NCBI GenBank assembly: GCA_963765575.1
Contig: CAVXWZ010000009.1
Location: 1-22,359 of the forward strand
Source of the DNA: an uncultured cyanobacterium
Lineage (GTDB): Bacteria; Cyanobacteriota; Cyanobacteriia; PCC-6307; Cyanobiaceae
Reading direction: 5' to 3'
Length of the DNA: 22,359 bases
Shown piece by piece: positions 1 through 9,215 of the stretch. The translations under genes and the position numbers were made by a program. Within the stretch, counting starts at the first letter, position 1; the number at the start of each line of letters is the position of its first letter. The notes under the pieces are model-generated. The model was not told where the DNA came from. It worked only from the letters and a program-made list of their open reading frames with translations, and did not search any database.

Positions 1-177
1 GCGATCCAAACCAACTCTGGCGGCTGCCGTCAGCGCCCCGACGCGGCAAACGATCGGGCCGGTATCGCCACCGGCCTCTGGTCCGTGCTGATTCCAGCGG
101 GCCATACTCAACCTCGTCGACCAGCTGACGCAATGCGGGGCCTGCTGGCGCCCGTGCGGCGGCAGGGTGAAACCGCT

Positions 178-646
178 TCAGGCGCGGCCAGTCCACGGCA
201 GTGAGCGCCGGATGTCCTTCATCAGCAGAAGCAGGGGATCGGTGGGCGACGGTTCGAATTCAGGGATGAGATGCAGGTAGAAGTCACGGGCCGCAGCGTT
301 CTCGGCATTCACCACAAGCCCACGGCAGCCGATCTCCTCTCCGAGCCCAGCGACACGGGCCAGCACATCAGCCAGCAGGGCTGCTGCGAGCCCCTGTCCC
401 TCGTGGCGTTCATCCCCACCGAGGTTGGCGAGCAGGGCCGCCGGCTGTGGATAGCGGGCTGCGCCCTTGCCGATCCGCTGCGGCAGTTTCGCCAGAGCAA
501 TGCTGGCCATGCACCAGGCGTCGTAGGCCACCACCGTTGTGGTGTCTGCCTGGGTGGCCATGAACACACGGTTGGTGCCGCTGCCATGGGCCTGCCGCGC
601 GGACTGGGTCAGCCAGCGGCTTTACTTAGGGGATCGATAGGCACTC
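178..646 (-). pseudogene. GNAT-family acetyltransferase toxin (TacT/AtaT-like), 5' part degenerate
   Basis: ORF 178..567 has YPQPAALLANLG..RHEGQGLAAALLADVL..IGCRGLVVNAENAAARDFY, a GNAT acetyl-CoA motif typical of TA toxins. The upstream part (SAYRSPK*) has a stop and appears to carry a deletion. It lies directly downstream of a DUF1778-like gene. Confidence 0.8.
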
Positions 647-895
647 AAGCAGGAGACTCGTGCCCGTCCGACCCGTGAAACGGTGACGGCCTCTGCATCA
701 ACCGCACCAGACTCGGCAGGCTGCGCCCGCCGGGCGTTGATGCGCTCCCACTGCTCCTGGGCTGCGGGATCCAGCAGCCCGCACACTGGTAATCACAAAG
801 GAACTGCGATCGGTTCCGAGTGTCGCCGCGGCGCGGTCCATCAGCTCCCGGTCTTCCGACATGGCCCTCAGCTCGATCCGTCTGGTCTTGGCCAT
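645..895 (-). pseudogene. DUF1778 (TacA-like RHH) antitoxin, frameshifted
   Basis: MAKTRRIELRAMSEDRELMDRAAATLGTDRSSFVI from ATG 895; the tail LDPAAQEQWERINARR..SLPSLVRLMQRPSPF is split across other frames. Paired with the GNAT gene. Confidence 0.8.
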
Positions 896-914
896 GCACC
901 GCCCACGTCCATAT

Positions 915-1393
915 CGAACAGGTGCCCATCGCGGCCTCGAAGGCGGTAGTGGCACTACTCCAAGGGTGGCGTCGACGTCCAGGTCGATGCTGTAGGCGGC
1001 CATGTGGGCGGCCCAATCGGGGGCCGAGCCCTCGAAGCGCAGTCGACCGGGATCCACACCGACCGCAGCCAGGGCAGCGGTGATGCGCTCGCGCACCTGG
1101 GGATCGGCGGTGTTGCGTTGCTTCACCAGCAGCTGCGCCTCAGGCACCTCCCGCAGCGGCGATGAACCGGTCGAGACTGGGCACATGGGTACTGGCGTGA
1201 AGGTCCACGTCGTGGCACCGCACCCCCGCTCGACCGGCAACGGAGGCCACGAACAGCACGATGGCGGCAAGCCTGGTGTCCTGAGCCGAATGCCGCAGAC
1301 GGGCAAGTGCATGGCGGACCTCCACCAGGGCTGGATCTGTTCGGTGGAGATAGCCAGGCCGCGCGTCAGCGGGGTCGGTCTTCCAGAGCCCAC
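915..1393 (-). pseudogene. C-terminal remnant of a GT41/SPINDLY-like O-GlcNAc transferase
   Basis: LREVPEAQLLVK..DPQVRERITAALAAVGVDPGRLRFEGSAPDWAAHMAAYS-ID..D..PWSSATTAFEAAMG matches the GT41 C-terminal catalytic lobe. No TPR or N-terminal part; cut off at the TA cassette. Confidence 0.7.
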
Positions 1394-1554
1394 TCAAACC
1401 AGGCGATGGCGACCTGCCAGGGGCGAGCGGCCCGCAGCACCGGGCCCCGCAGGGCAACCACCGCCGAAGCGAACGGCTACAGCCGCAGGCCAATGATCAG
1501 CGTTTCTGCCTACCTGGAGCCAAGCTGGGAGTGGCGATGCCGTAACCCACTGCC

Positions 1555-2288
1555 ATGCCACCACAAGCGCCTGTCCCTCACCACCCACGCTGCTGATCGT
1601 CGACGACGACCCGGAGCTGCGCCGCTTCCTGCAGGGTGAGCTGGAGGCCGAGGGCTACGGGGTGGACACGGCGGGCACGGGCCAGCAGGCTCTCACGCGC
1701 ATCCGCGCCGGCGACCTGGAGCTGGTGCTGCTGGACTGGACCCTGCCGGACTTCTCGCGGCCTGGAGGTGTGCAGGCGCATGCGCTGCCAGCGGCATCAG
1801 CACGCCGGTGCTGATGCTCACCGCCCGCGATGCCGTGAGCGAGCGGGTGGAGGCCCTCGATGCCGGCGCCGACGACTACCTCACCAAACCGTTCTCGATC
1901 GAGGAGCTGCTGGCGCGGGTGCGGGCGCGGCTGCGGCGCGACGGCGCAGGCGGCGACGAGAGCGAGCGGCTGCTAGCTGGCCGACCTCAGGTGAACACGG
2001 CCTCCCGAGAGGTGCGCCGGGCCGGCGCGCAGATGCAACTCACCGTGCGCGAGTACGAACTGCTGCTGCAGCTGCTGCGGCAGCCCAACCGGGTGCAGGG
2101 CGGCTGGCGCTGCTGAGGCGGTATGGGGCAGACCCTTCGTAGGCGACGACAACCTGCTGGATGTGTACATCCGCTACCTGCGCCGCAAGCTCGAGCAGCC
2201 CGGAGAGGCCAAGCTGATTCAGACCGTGCGCGGGGTAGGCTTCATGCTCAAGGAGGGCCCCCTGGCTGAGGGCGGCAGCAGCAGTTGA
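1555..2288 (+). CDS. OmpR/PhoB-family response regulator (NblR/MprA-like), several frameshifts
   Basis: Pieced across frames: [110 protein letters not shown], stop at 2286-2288. Confidence 0.9.
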
Positions 2289-3570
2289 AATCGGCCCCAG
2301 CGCCTGGAGCATCGGCCACCCGCACCGATCCGTCCATGCCTCGATCAACAGCCTCACCAGGGCCAGGCCGATGCCGGTGCCGCTGACCGATGGCTGCGGG
2401 GCGGCCCCGCGGACGGAGCAGCCCAAAGATCGCATCACGCTCCTCGGCAGCAACCCCGGGGCCACGGTCGCGCACATGCAGCACCACGCCGTCGCCGCGC
2501 CGCTCCAGGCCAGCTCCACCGGTGCCGGGGCGGGGCGTATAGCAGGGCGTTGTTCACAGCATGGTCAGACACTGCGCCAAGCCGGTCGGGATCGGCCCGC
2601 AGCAGCAGCCCCGCCTCGGCGTCGGCCGGCATTGCCAGTCAGCCGCAGCCGACCCGCCGCCACCGGGTTCCATGCGCTCGTAGGCCGTCAGCAGGGCCCA
2701 TCGGCGGCATCGGGCTGGGGTGGAACTCCAGACGATCGGCATCCTGGCGGGCCAGATCGAGCAGATCGCTCACCAATCGCGTCATCCGACCGGCCTCGAC
2801 GTGGATGGTGCGGCAGGCCGAGCAGCGGCCGCATCAGCCGCGGCCATGCGGGGGCTGGCGCTCCAGGCGCTCGGCGTGGCCGGAGATCAGGGTGATGGGG
2901 TGCGCAGCTCATGGGCCACGCCATCGACGAACGGGCGCTGCTGCTCCCAGGTGTCCTCCAGCCGGGGCTGGAGGGCGTTGAAGGCACCGGCGATCGGCCG
3001 CAGTTCATCCGGCTGCTCAGCTACCGCGATGGACTCGGGCTGGGCGGCATCGGGCTCAGCGTTGGCCAGGCCACGGTTGAGCACCTCCAGGGGTTCCATC
3101 AGGCCAGCACGCAGCACCGGTTGCAGCAAAGTGCTGGTGACCAGGCTCGAGAACCCCGCCACCGCGAGCAGCAGCAGGGCGCTGTTGCGCTCGGCCTGCT
3201 GAGTGGCCGTGATGTTCTGGCGCAGCTCCAGGCCACTGCGGGCACTCACCAGCCAGCGCGGCTGCCAACCGCTCCAGCCGCGGCGGCTGCCAAAGCTCGG
3301 GCGGAGCCGCTCGCAGCTCATCTCCACGGGGCAGCCGCAGGGGCCCGGCGGCTGGCAGCTCCAATAGGCCAGCGCTCAGCTCCAGGCGCGCCGTCGCCGC
3401 CAGCTGGGCGTGGGCGGCGCGCCGCTGCAGAACCTGCAGCCCCTGGTTGAGCACCAAGAGCACGCCGTAGCCAGCCAGCACTGCCAGGAAGGTGGTGCTC
3501 TGCAGGCGCTCGCGCAGGGAGCGAACCGAAGCGACAGAAGCGGGAATGACTTCAAAGGGGTGATTCTCAT
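2248..3570 (-). CDS. Membrane sensor histidine kinase (HAMP-HisKA-HATPase), several frameshifts
   Basis: TM1 [18 protein letters not shown]2 [20 protein letters not shown] ([15 protein letters not shown]); H-box [13 protein letters not shown]-box NNALLYAP; G1 VRDRGPGV; G2 [10 protein letters not shown]. Start position is approximate. Confidence 0.88.
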
Positions 3571-3664
3571 AAAACTCTAAGGAAGGAATCGAGTTTTTCG
3601 AGTGGCAGGCGCTTCCTTGTGGCAATACTATTTGGTATCTCCCGACACAAGTTCAGCCGTGCCA

Positions 3665-4050
3665 ATGGCAAATTCCGTTCTTATCCAAAATATGTCCATG
3701 CAGTTGAGAGCAAAACTGCAAAAGTCCGAGGGCTTTACCCTGATCGAGCTCCTGATCGTCATTGTGATCCTTGGCGTTCTGGGTTTGGTTGGAGTTCCCG
3801 CCTACGTAAACCAGGTTGATCTCGCCCGAGAGAATGCCAAACCAGGCGGCGATGGCAGCCGCCAAGCTTGCGCTGCCCTGCGCGTACAGGCGACACGGCC
3901 GCTTCGAAGAAATATCAGGAGTTGACGAAACCACATGTTCCGCCACTGGAGCGGCCACGTTCACTTCCGAGATTGGTGACTTGGCTACCGAGGCTCAAGC
4001 CACTGTCTAAGAAGATGCGGCGTTCAACTCACAAGACTGCTGTCCGTTGA
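3665..4050 (+). CDS. pilA: Type IV major pilin-like protein (frameshifted in the C-terminal half)
   Basis: Leader MANSVLIQNMSMQLRAKLQKSEG followed by the canonical |FTLIELLIVIVILGVLGLVGVPAY. About 125 codons with a small Cys/Thr-containing head; lower GC than its flanks. Confidence 0.82.
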
Positions 4051-4342
4051 ACAGGTGAAGTGCAGAAGAATTTCATCCCTGCCAAGCAACTCATGCAGCA
4101 GAATGGAGCGATAGATTTCTAGGCTTAAAGAACATCCTCTGACTGCATGCGCCAATCTTTCTACATGGCCGTTCCCCAGTCTGCTCAGTCTGTCTCAATG
4201 TCCTGATTGGACCGAGCTGGCCATTGACCCCCTGGTGCGGCCCCCAGTAAACGACGTCGCGCCGAGATAAGCCTATGAATTGGTTCATTACGTTCAACTT
4301 GGAGCGCTTTAGACTCCATGCCGTGCAGCTTCGCCTTCTAAA

Positions 4343-5589
4343 GGGCACCTCGAAATATTCCCATTACCGAAGCTGCATTGAGCAGTCGTAAGCCCTCCTC
4401 TGCACGTGAAGATCTGACTGATCATTGGCATCCATGATGCCAATATAAGATGATATCGCTAGCTACCGAATGATCAGGCAGTCGGCAATGGCCTTGTGGA
4501 GCAGTGCAGGTAACGAAGAAAGTTGTATGTCAGATTGCGCAGTCCCCACCAGGCTTTCGTCCTGGCCAAGCCCGATACGCCTCGTCAGCTTGCCGCGCAT
4601 GCTAGGTAGTGATAGCACCGAAGACATGCTCAACTCTGGCCCGTACAGCTTGATCGGACCTTGTTCCGTTCCTTGGCCTCCTCGCTCAAGGGATGGCAGC
4701 GTGAACCCTTCTCATGGATTCGACTCTCAAAACCAGCCGCTTCCAGTAGATCCTCATACTGAGCGCCTGCGTAGCCGGAATCAGCCCAGACGAAGTCATC
4801 CCTGTTCTCTGGATCCAGACCTGTGGAATCATCTGGCTGTCATGAATGTTGGCTGGCGATAATCGGATATCTGCGGATGAAGCCATGTTCGGCATCAATG
4901 CAGATGCTGTTCTTGTACCCATAGTGGCTGATGCCGTTTTTCTTGACCCAGCGAGCATCAAGGTCCTTCTGCCGCAACCGTTCTGGTCTATCGGCCCATC
5001 CATTCTGGCAACTGGCCTCGCTTGATTGCTTCGTTCTCAGGCCGCGAGTTTCGCTGCTTGGGGACAGGGATCAGTGTGGCATCGATGATCTGCCCGCCAC
5101 GGGCCTCCAAGCCCTGAGAGCGTAGGTGCTCCTCAAACCGTTGAAATAGTTCATCGATGACACCAGCCTTGCGGAGCCGTTCGCAGAAAAAGGCAATGGT
5201 GGCATCGGGAATGGTGTTCATCACTCCCAGACCGACAAACTCCTCAAATGAGCGCCTGTCGTTGACCTGGAATTCCAGCTCTTCATCGCTGAGGTTGAAC
5301 AGTTGCTGCAGTACCAGCATCTTAAAGAGGATGAGCGGATCAATCCGCTTTCTGCCGGCATTGCTCTTGCGTTCATGGCTGTAACCCTGCTCCAGCAGTG
5401 GCCTGAATGCCTCCCAGGGAATCGCCTCAGATAAGGTCGCTAACGTGGGCTTCTTCTGCTGAAGCATGTGGATGCGCTTCTCCTCATCCCAAAATCCACG
5501 CTGTCCCATTCAGCTTTGTTGAACTGAAACGATTCTATTGCATATTCCATAGGCTGTCAGGGCGATGGTATCGATTTTTCGAGGTCTCC
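4343..5589 (-). mobile_element. IS5-family insertion sequence, about 1.25 kb
   Basis: Imperfect terminal inverted repeats GGGCACCTCGAAATA (4343-4357) and the reverse complement of 5575-5589, GGAGACCTCGAAAAA, enclosing a transposase. No clean target duplication is visible. Confidence 0.85.
4474..5509 (-). CDS. IS5-family DDE transposase (frameshifted)
   Basis: GRKRIDPLILFKMLVLQQLFNLSDEELEFQVNDRRSF..GGQIIDATLI..KDLDARWVKKNGISHYGYKN..VWADSGY..RARVEHVFG..LRNLTYNFLRYL, stop at 4474. Confidence 0.9.
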
Positions 5590-5608
5590 CATAGTCCTTA
5601 GCTTCCGC

Positions 5609-5965
5609 CTAGGGAAAATACCATAGATTGTCTTTCTTGGCCTGGTGCATCTTCGGATCCTGTTCCCCGGCTTTGTTGTTGGTGGACCTGGGAGCAGGGC
5701 TCAAGGGTGCATCAAGGATCGTGCCCTGCAGCATCGTCACGCCTCTGGCACTGAGGTGGGCCTTAACCGTCTCCAAGATCTGCTCACCCAGGCTGTGCTT
5801 CTTCAGCAGAAGGCGAAACGCCAGAATCGTGGTCTGGTCCTGGACCCGGTCGCTGATCAGGTCGATCCCAGCAATGCGGCGCATGGTGGGCACCTCGATC
5901 AAGGTCTCTTCCATGACTGGATCGCTAGGTGAATACCACTGCTGGAGTACGTGGATGCGCAGCAA
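5609..5965 (-). pseudogene. Internal fragment of a second, different IS5-family transposase
   Basis: LRIHVLQQWYSPSDPVMEETLIEVPTMRR..GTILDA..APRSTNNKAGEQDPKMHQAKKDNLWYF, a degenerate IS5 motif set lacking both termini. Confidence 0.85.
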
Positions 5966-6312
5966 CCGCTTGCCAGAAGCTGGAAGCTACGTGGCCAGCG
6001 GATACGGAGGCCGACCATCACCTCAGTACTGAACGGTGATGACAGAGCCATTATTCCGTACATTGAATTGCTTTTCCAGAGTCTCTCGAGGGCCATGTTG
6101 CGTAGTGCTTCCCTGCGTGAGTGAGGAACACCACCCTCATCGTGGGCTCCGACACAGAGCTGTAACTCCCCGCCGAATGGGGCCTTGATCACGGCGAGTT
6201 CTGCAAGGCGGCGGTGACCGCCGTGCCGTCCGCCAACCACACCTGGATGACCGACTGACGCATGAAGCCGAGACGGCTGGCCTCACGATTGTCCGTAGCG
6301 GGCGCCCAGGCT

Positions 6313-6926
6313 TCATGGCGGCCCCGCTGGCGGCCCCGCTGGCGGCCCCGCTGCCAAGGCTGTCTGGCGCTGGCTGATGGTCTGGCCATCGTCCAGCTCG
6401 CGGCTGAGCTCCAGGCTGAGCAGGCCGGGCGACGTTCTGGTCACCGTGAAGCCACTCGTCGGCCGGCAGGGCATCGATCAGCACCCGCGGCAGCGCGTCA
6501 CCGTCGCTCCATTCGCCATCGAGGCCGTAGGCCGGGCCGCAGCGCATCAGCACCGCCCCGCGCCAGATCGAGGAGGGCGCCGTGCCGGCGGCATAGGTCA
6601 CGGTGCGGACGACACCGGCGCGGTCGCGGCCGCTGAGCTGGAGCTTCGGGGTGCGGCCGCTGCTGCCGCAGCCAGCGCTGATCTCGTCGTTCACGAGCAG
6701 CGTTTCGGCACGCTGCAGCTCGCCGCGCACCAGCTCCAGGGCCCGCTCGCTGGCCTGCCGCTCCCGCAGCCAGCGGCCCAGCCGGCCCACCTGGCGCAGG
6801 TCGCCCACCAGCAACTGCAGCGCCGCGGCGCTCACGAGGCCCGAGAGCAGCAGGGTCACCAGCAGTTCCACCAGCGTGAAGCCATCGCGGCGCTGGCCGC
6901 CGATTCAGGCCAACAGCCCCCATCAC
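6313..6926 (-). CDS. Minor pilin, PilW/GspJ-like (cluster 1), two frameshifts
   Basis: DG|FTLVELLVTLLLSGLVSAAALQLL..IWRGAVLMRCGPAYGLDG; the C-terminus GFTVTRTSPGLLSLELSRE..AGPPAGPPAGPP* is in a shifted frame. Confidence 0.8.
6316..6351. repeat. 12-bp tandem repeat TGGCGGCCCCGC x3
   Basis: Three exact copies, encoding (AGPP)3 at the end of the PilW-like gene. Confidence 0.9.
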
Positions 6927-7414
6927 GCCCTCCCATCGCGCACGCAGCTCTCGGCGCTGACGCCGCCGCCCTCGCCCGCGTAGCGGCCCAGGCGCAGCAC
7001 CCCCAGCGGCAGCGCCATCACCAGGCAGCGGCGCAGATCGGTGCCGGCCCCTGCCACCACCACGGTGCCGCCGTCGATCAGCAGGCCGTTGGCCGTGAAG
7101 CGCAGCTGCTCCGGCAGGTTGTGGTGCAGGTCGAGCCCGCCGCCGGCCCCACCGGCCGCCCCAGCGGCCGCCTCCAGCAGCCCGCCGCGGCCCTCCACCG
7201 CCAGGCTGCGGGGCCGGCCGTGGCGGATCGCCAGGTCGCGCTGGCGCTCGATGGCGCTCAGCAGCTCCCGCGCCGCCACCTCCACCCGCTGGCGGGCCAG
7301 CAGCTCGCGGCCCGTCCAGCCGCCGATCGCCAGCAGCAGCCCCAGCACCACCACCGCCACCAGCAGCTCCGGCAGGCTGGCGCCAGCGCTGCGGCGATCA
7401 ACACGCACGCCCAT
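6923..7414 (-). CDS. Minor pilin, FimT/GspH-like (cluster 1)
   Basis: MGVRVDRRSAG|ASLPELLVAVVVLGLL..LRFTANGLLIDGGTVVV..RRCLVMALPLGVLRLGRY..C. TGATG coupling with the upstream gene. Confidence 0.85.
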   Translation of the reverse strand: MGVRVDRRSAGASLPELLVAVVVLGLLLAIGGWTGRELLARQRVEVAARELLSAIERQRDLAIRHGRPRSLAVEGRGGLLEAAAGAAGGAGGGLDLHHNLPEQLRFTANGLLIDGGTVVVAGAGTDLRRCLVMALPLGVLRLGRYAGEGGGVSAESCVRDGRA

Positions 7415-7762
7415 CACGTCCCCCCACAGAGGCCGTAGGCCGCCAGGTCGAACACCCGCTGGCGGCGCTGATCCGCCCCGGCCTCCACGCTCACGCTGAC
7501 GATCGGACCGGCGCCCTCCACGCCCAGGCCTGTGAGGTCGGGGCATGATCGCCGGCACCGGCGCGCCGCTGGCGCGTTGCTCGGCGGCCAGGGCCTGCAG
7601 TTGGGCCTGCACCGCCAGCAGCTGTTCATCGGCCTGGCGCTGCTGCCGCAGCAGGGCGGCGGCGTCGTGGCTGGAGTGCACGGTGCGGGCCCAGATGCCC
7701 AGCGACCCCGTGGCCGAGCCCAGCACCAGGCTGCTGGCCACCAGCACTTCCACCAGGTTCAT
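7414..7762 (-). CDS. Minor pilin, PilV/GspI-like (cluster 1), one frameshift
   Basis: MNLVEVLVASSLVLGSATGSL N-terminal helix with E5; the C-terminus RRQRVFDLAAYGLCGGT* is in another frame. The ORF track artefactually fuses it to the FimT-like gene. Confidence 0.75.
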
Positions 7763-8373
7763 GGCCCCACCTCCAGCTCGGAGGCGCCAGCGGCGGCGGC
7801 GGCGGCGGCGCGCAGCCCCCGCTCCTCCAGGCCCATCAGCTGGGGCGGGCCGAGGGTGGTGGCACCTTCCTCGCCCTGGGGCTCCAGGACAACTGGCTGC
7901 CGCCGCCAGTGCAACGCAAAGGCGCCGCGCGGGGCGGGTTCGGCGTCGCTGAGCTCCAGCACCAGTTCGCCGGTGCCCTGGTCGGGGCCGGTGCCCGGCT
8001 GGGGGTCGCCGCCCGGCGCATAGCTCACCAGCCGGTAGTCAGCTCCGGCCTCCAGCCCTCCGCAACCCTGCTCGGTGCCCAAGGGCTGCCCGTCCCAACG
8101 GTCGTGGGCATGGGCCAGGGCTTCCGGGCAGTGGCGCTGCACACCGCCAGCCCACAGCTGGGCGGCGTTCATCAGCTGGTCTTCCGTCTGGCGCCGCTGG
8201 CGCTGCACGGCGGCCTGCAGCCGGCTCTGCAGCGCCAGGGTGAGCAGCACCATGCTGCTGAGCATCAACAACAGCACCACAGTCAGCGACAGTGGCAATA
8301 AAAATCCCGCCTGCTGGGGCGGGAGCTGGCGGGCCGTCCTGCGGCACCGCCAGCGTATGGACCGTGCAGGCAT
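7759..8373 (-). CDS. Minor pilin, PilX/GspK-like (cluster 1)
   Basis: QQAG|FLLPLSLTVVLLLMLSSMVLLTLALQSR has the cleavage Gly and hydrophobic helix but no E5, the PilX hallmark. ATGA overlap with the next gene. Confidence 0.75.
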   Translation of the reverse strand: MPARSIRWRCRRTARQLPPQQAGFLLPLSLTVVLLLMLSSMVLLTLALQSRLQAAVQRQRRQTEDQLMNAAQLWAGGVQRHCPEALAHAHDRWDGQPLGTEQGCGGLEAGADYRLVSYAPGGDPQPGTGPDQGTGELVLELSDAEPAPRGAFALHWRRQPVVLEPQGEEGATTLGPPQLMGLEERGLRAAAAAAAGASELEVGP

Positions 8374-8477
8374 CCGTGCATCTCGGCAACGACCGCATCA
8401 GCGTTGCCACGGGCTGGCGCTGATCGCAACGATGCGCAACACCGCCAGCCATGGGCCTGCCGCTCAACGCGGCCGCT

Positions 8478-9047
8478 TCAGAGGCCGGCGTTCCACCAGC
8501 TGCCTTGGAAATCAGCAGCAAACGGCGCCACGGCACTGCTGCGGCTGGTGAGGCCGATCCCCTGATCGCCCAGGAGCGAGCTCACCTGAGGAGCGAAGCT
8601 CCCCCCGGCATAGACGTCGAGCGTGCCGAGCTTGACCTTTTTCGCGAGCTGCTTCTCGGGGTTGCCACCGAGAGACTTGAAGGCCTTGCGCAGCCCCACC
8701 TTCTTGGTCTTGACCGTGGCGATCACTTCCGTGTCGGCCATGCCACCGGCGTAGACGCCGGCACCCAGCTCCTTCACCTTGAAGTCTTTCGCCACCTTGC
8801 CCTTGCCCTTGGCTTTGCCATCGAACACCAGCTTCAGGTCCACCGATGCCGAGGCGCCCATCCCTTCCACATCGGAGGAGATGAAGATCGCCAGCTGCTT
8901 CTTGCGCACATCAAACTCCGCCTCGAAATCATCGAGGGAGGCCTGGCCGCCCAGCAAGCCAGAGAGTGCAGATGTATCCCTGTAGGTTTTGCCCTCCTGA
9001 TAAACAGTTTTACCGATTTTGATGCCAGTGAGTTTGTCGGTAGCCAT
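8478..9047 (-). CDS. Hypothetical 189-aa Lys/Gly-rich protein without signal peptide
   Basis: Strong RBS (AGGAGG) before ATG 9047, an intact frame and coding-like codon bias. No family recognised. Confidence 0.8.
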   Translation of the reverse strand: MATDKLTGIKIGKTVYQEGKTYRDTSALSGLLGGQASLDDFEAEFDVRKKQLAIFISSDVEGMGASASVDLKLVFDGKAKGKGKVAKDFKVKELGAGVYAGGMADTEVIATVKTKKVGLRKAFKSLGGNPEKQLAKKVKLGTLDVYAGGSFAPQVSSLLGDQGIGLTSRSSAVAPFAADFQGSWWNAGL

Positions 9048-9215
9048 TGCTTTGGCCTCCTTCTGAACAACCCAAGTATGGAGCCCTGAGGGGCTGCTAC
9101 GGCACCACCGTAAGCTTTTCTTCTTACTCGAATCACAATGAATGACGCCACTATCGCCCACTGCGGTTGTCTACAGTTGGTGGTGTCAGTCGCGGCACTG
9201 TGCGGGCCATGATCG

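Noticed and set aside
1..177. Possible partial gene at the window start
   Set aside because: No frame with a recognisable motif; too little context.
698..1393. GT41-DUF1778 fusion ORF
   Set aside because: Chance in-frame joining of two degenerate fragments; the antitoxin has its own ATG at 895.
3575..3650. SigF-type pilA promoter or inverted repeat AAGGAAG..CTTCCTT
   Set aside because: Only a weak match (TGGTAT) and a 7-bp repeat; not distinguishable from chance.
4091..4348. 85-aa minus strand ORF
   Set aside because: Starts inside the IS terminal repeat and has no recognisable motif.
6316..6351. Tandem repeat as a phase-variation switch or CRISPR
   Set aside because: The 12-bp unit preserves frame, lies at the extreme C-terminus and has no spacers; no CRISPR array or cas genes were seen in the window.
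6923..7762. Apparent 279-aa double-pilin fusion (similarly 18296..19114)
   Set aside because: A frameshift joins two genes; each has its own stop/start overlap (TGATG at 7412-7416, ATGA at 18545-18548).
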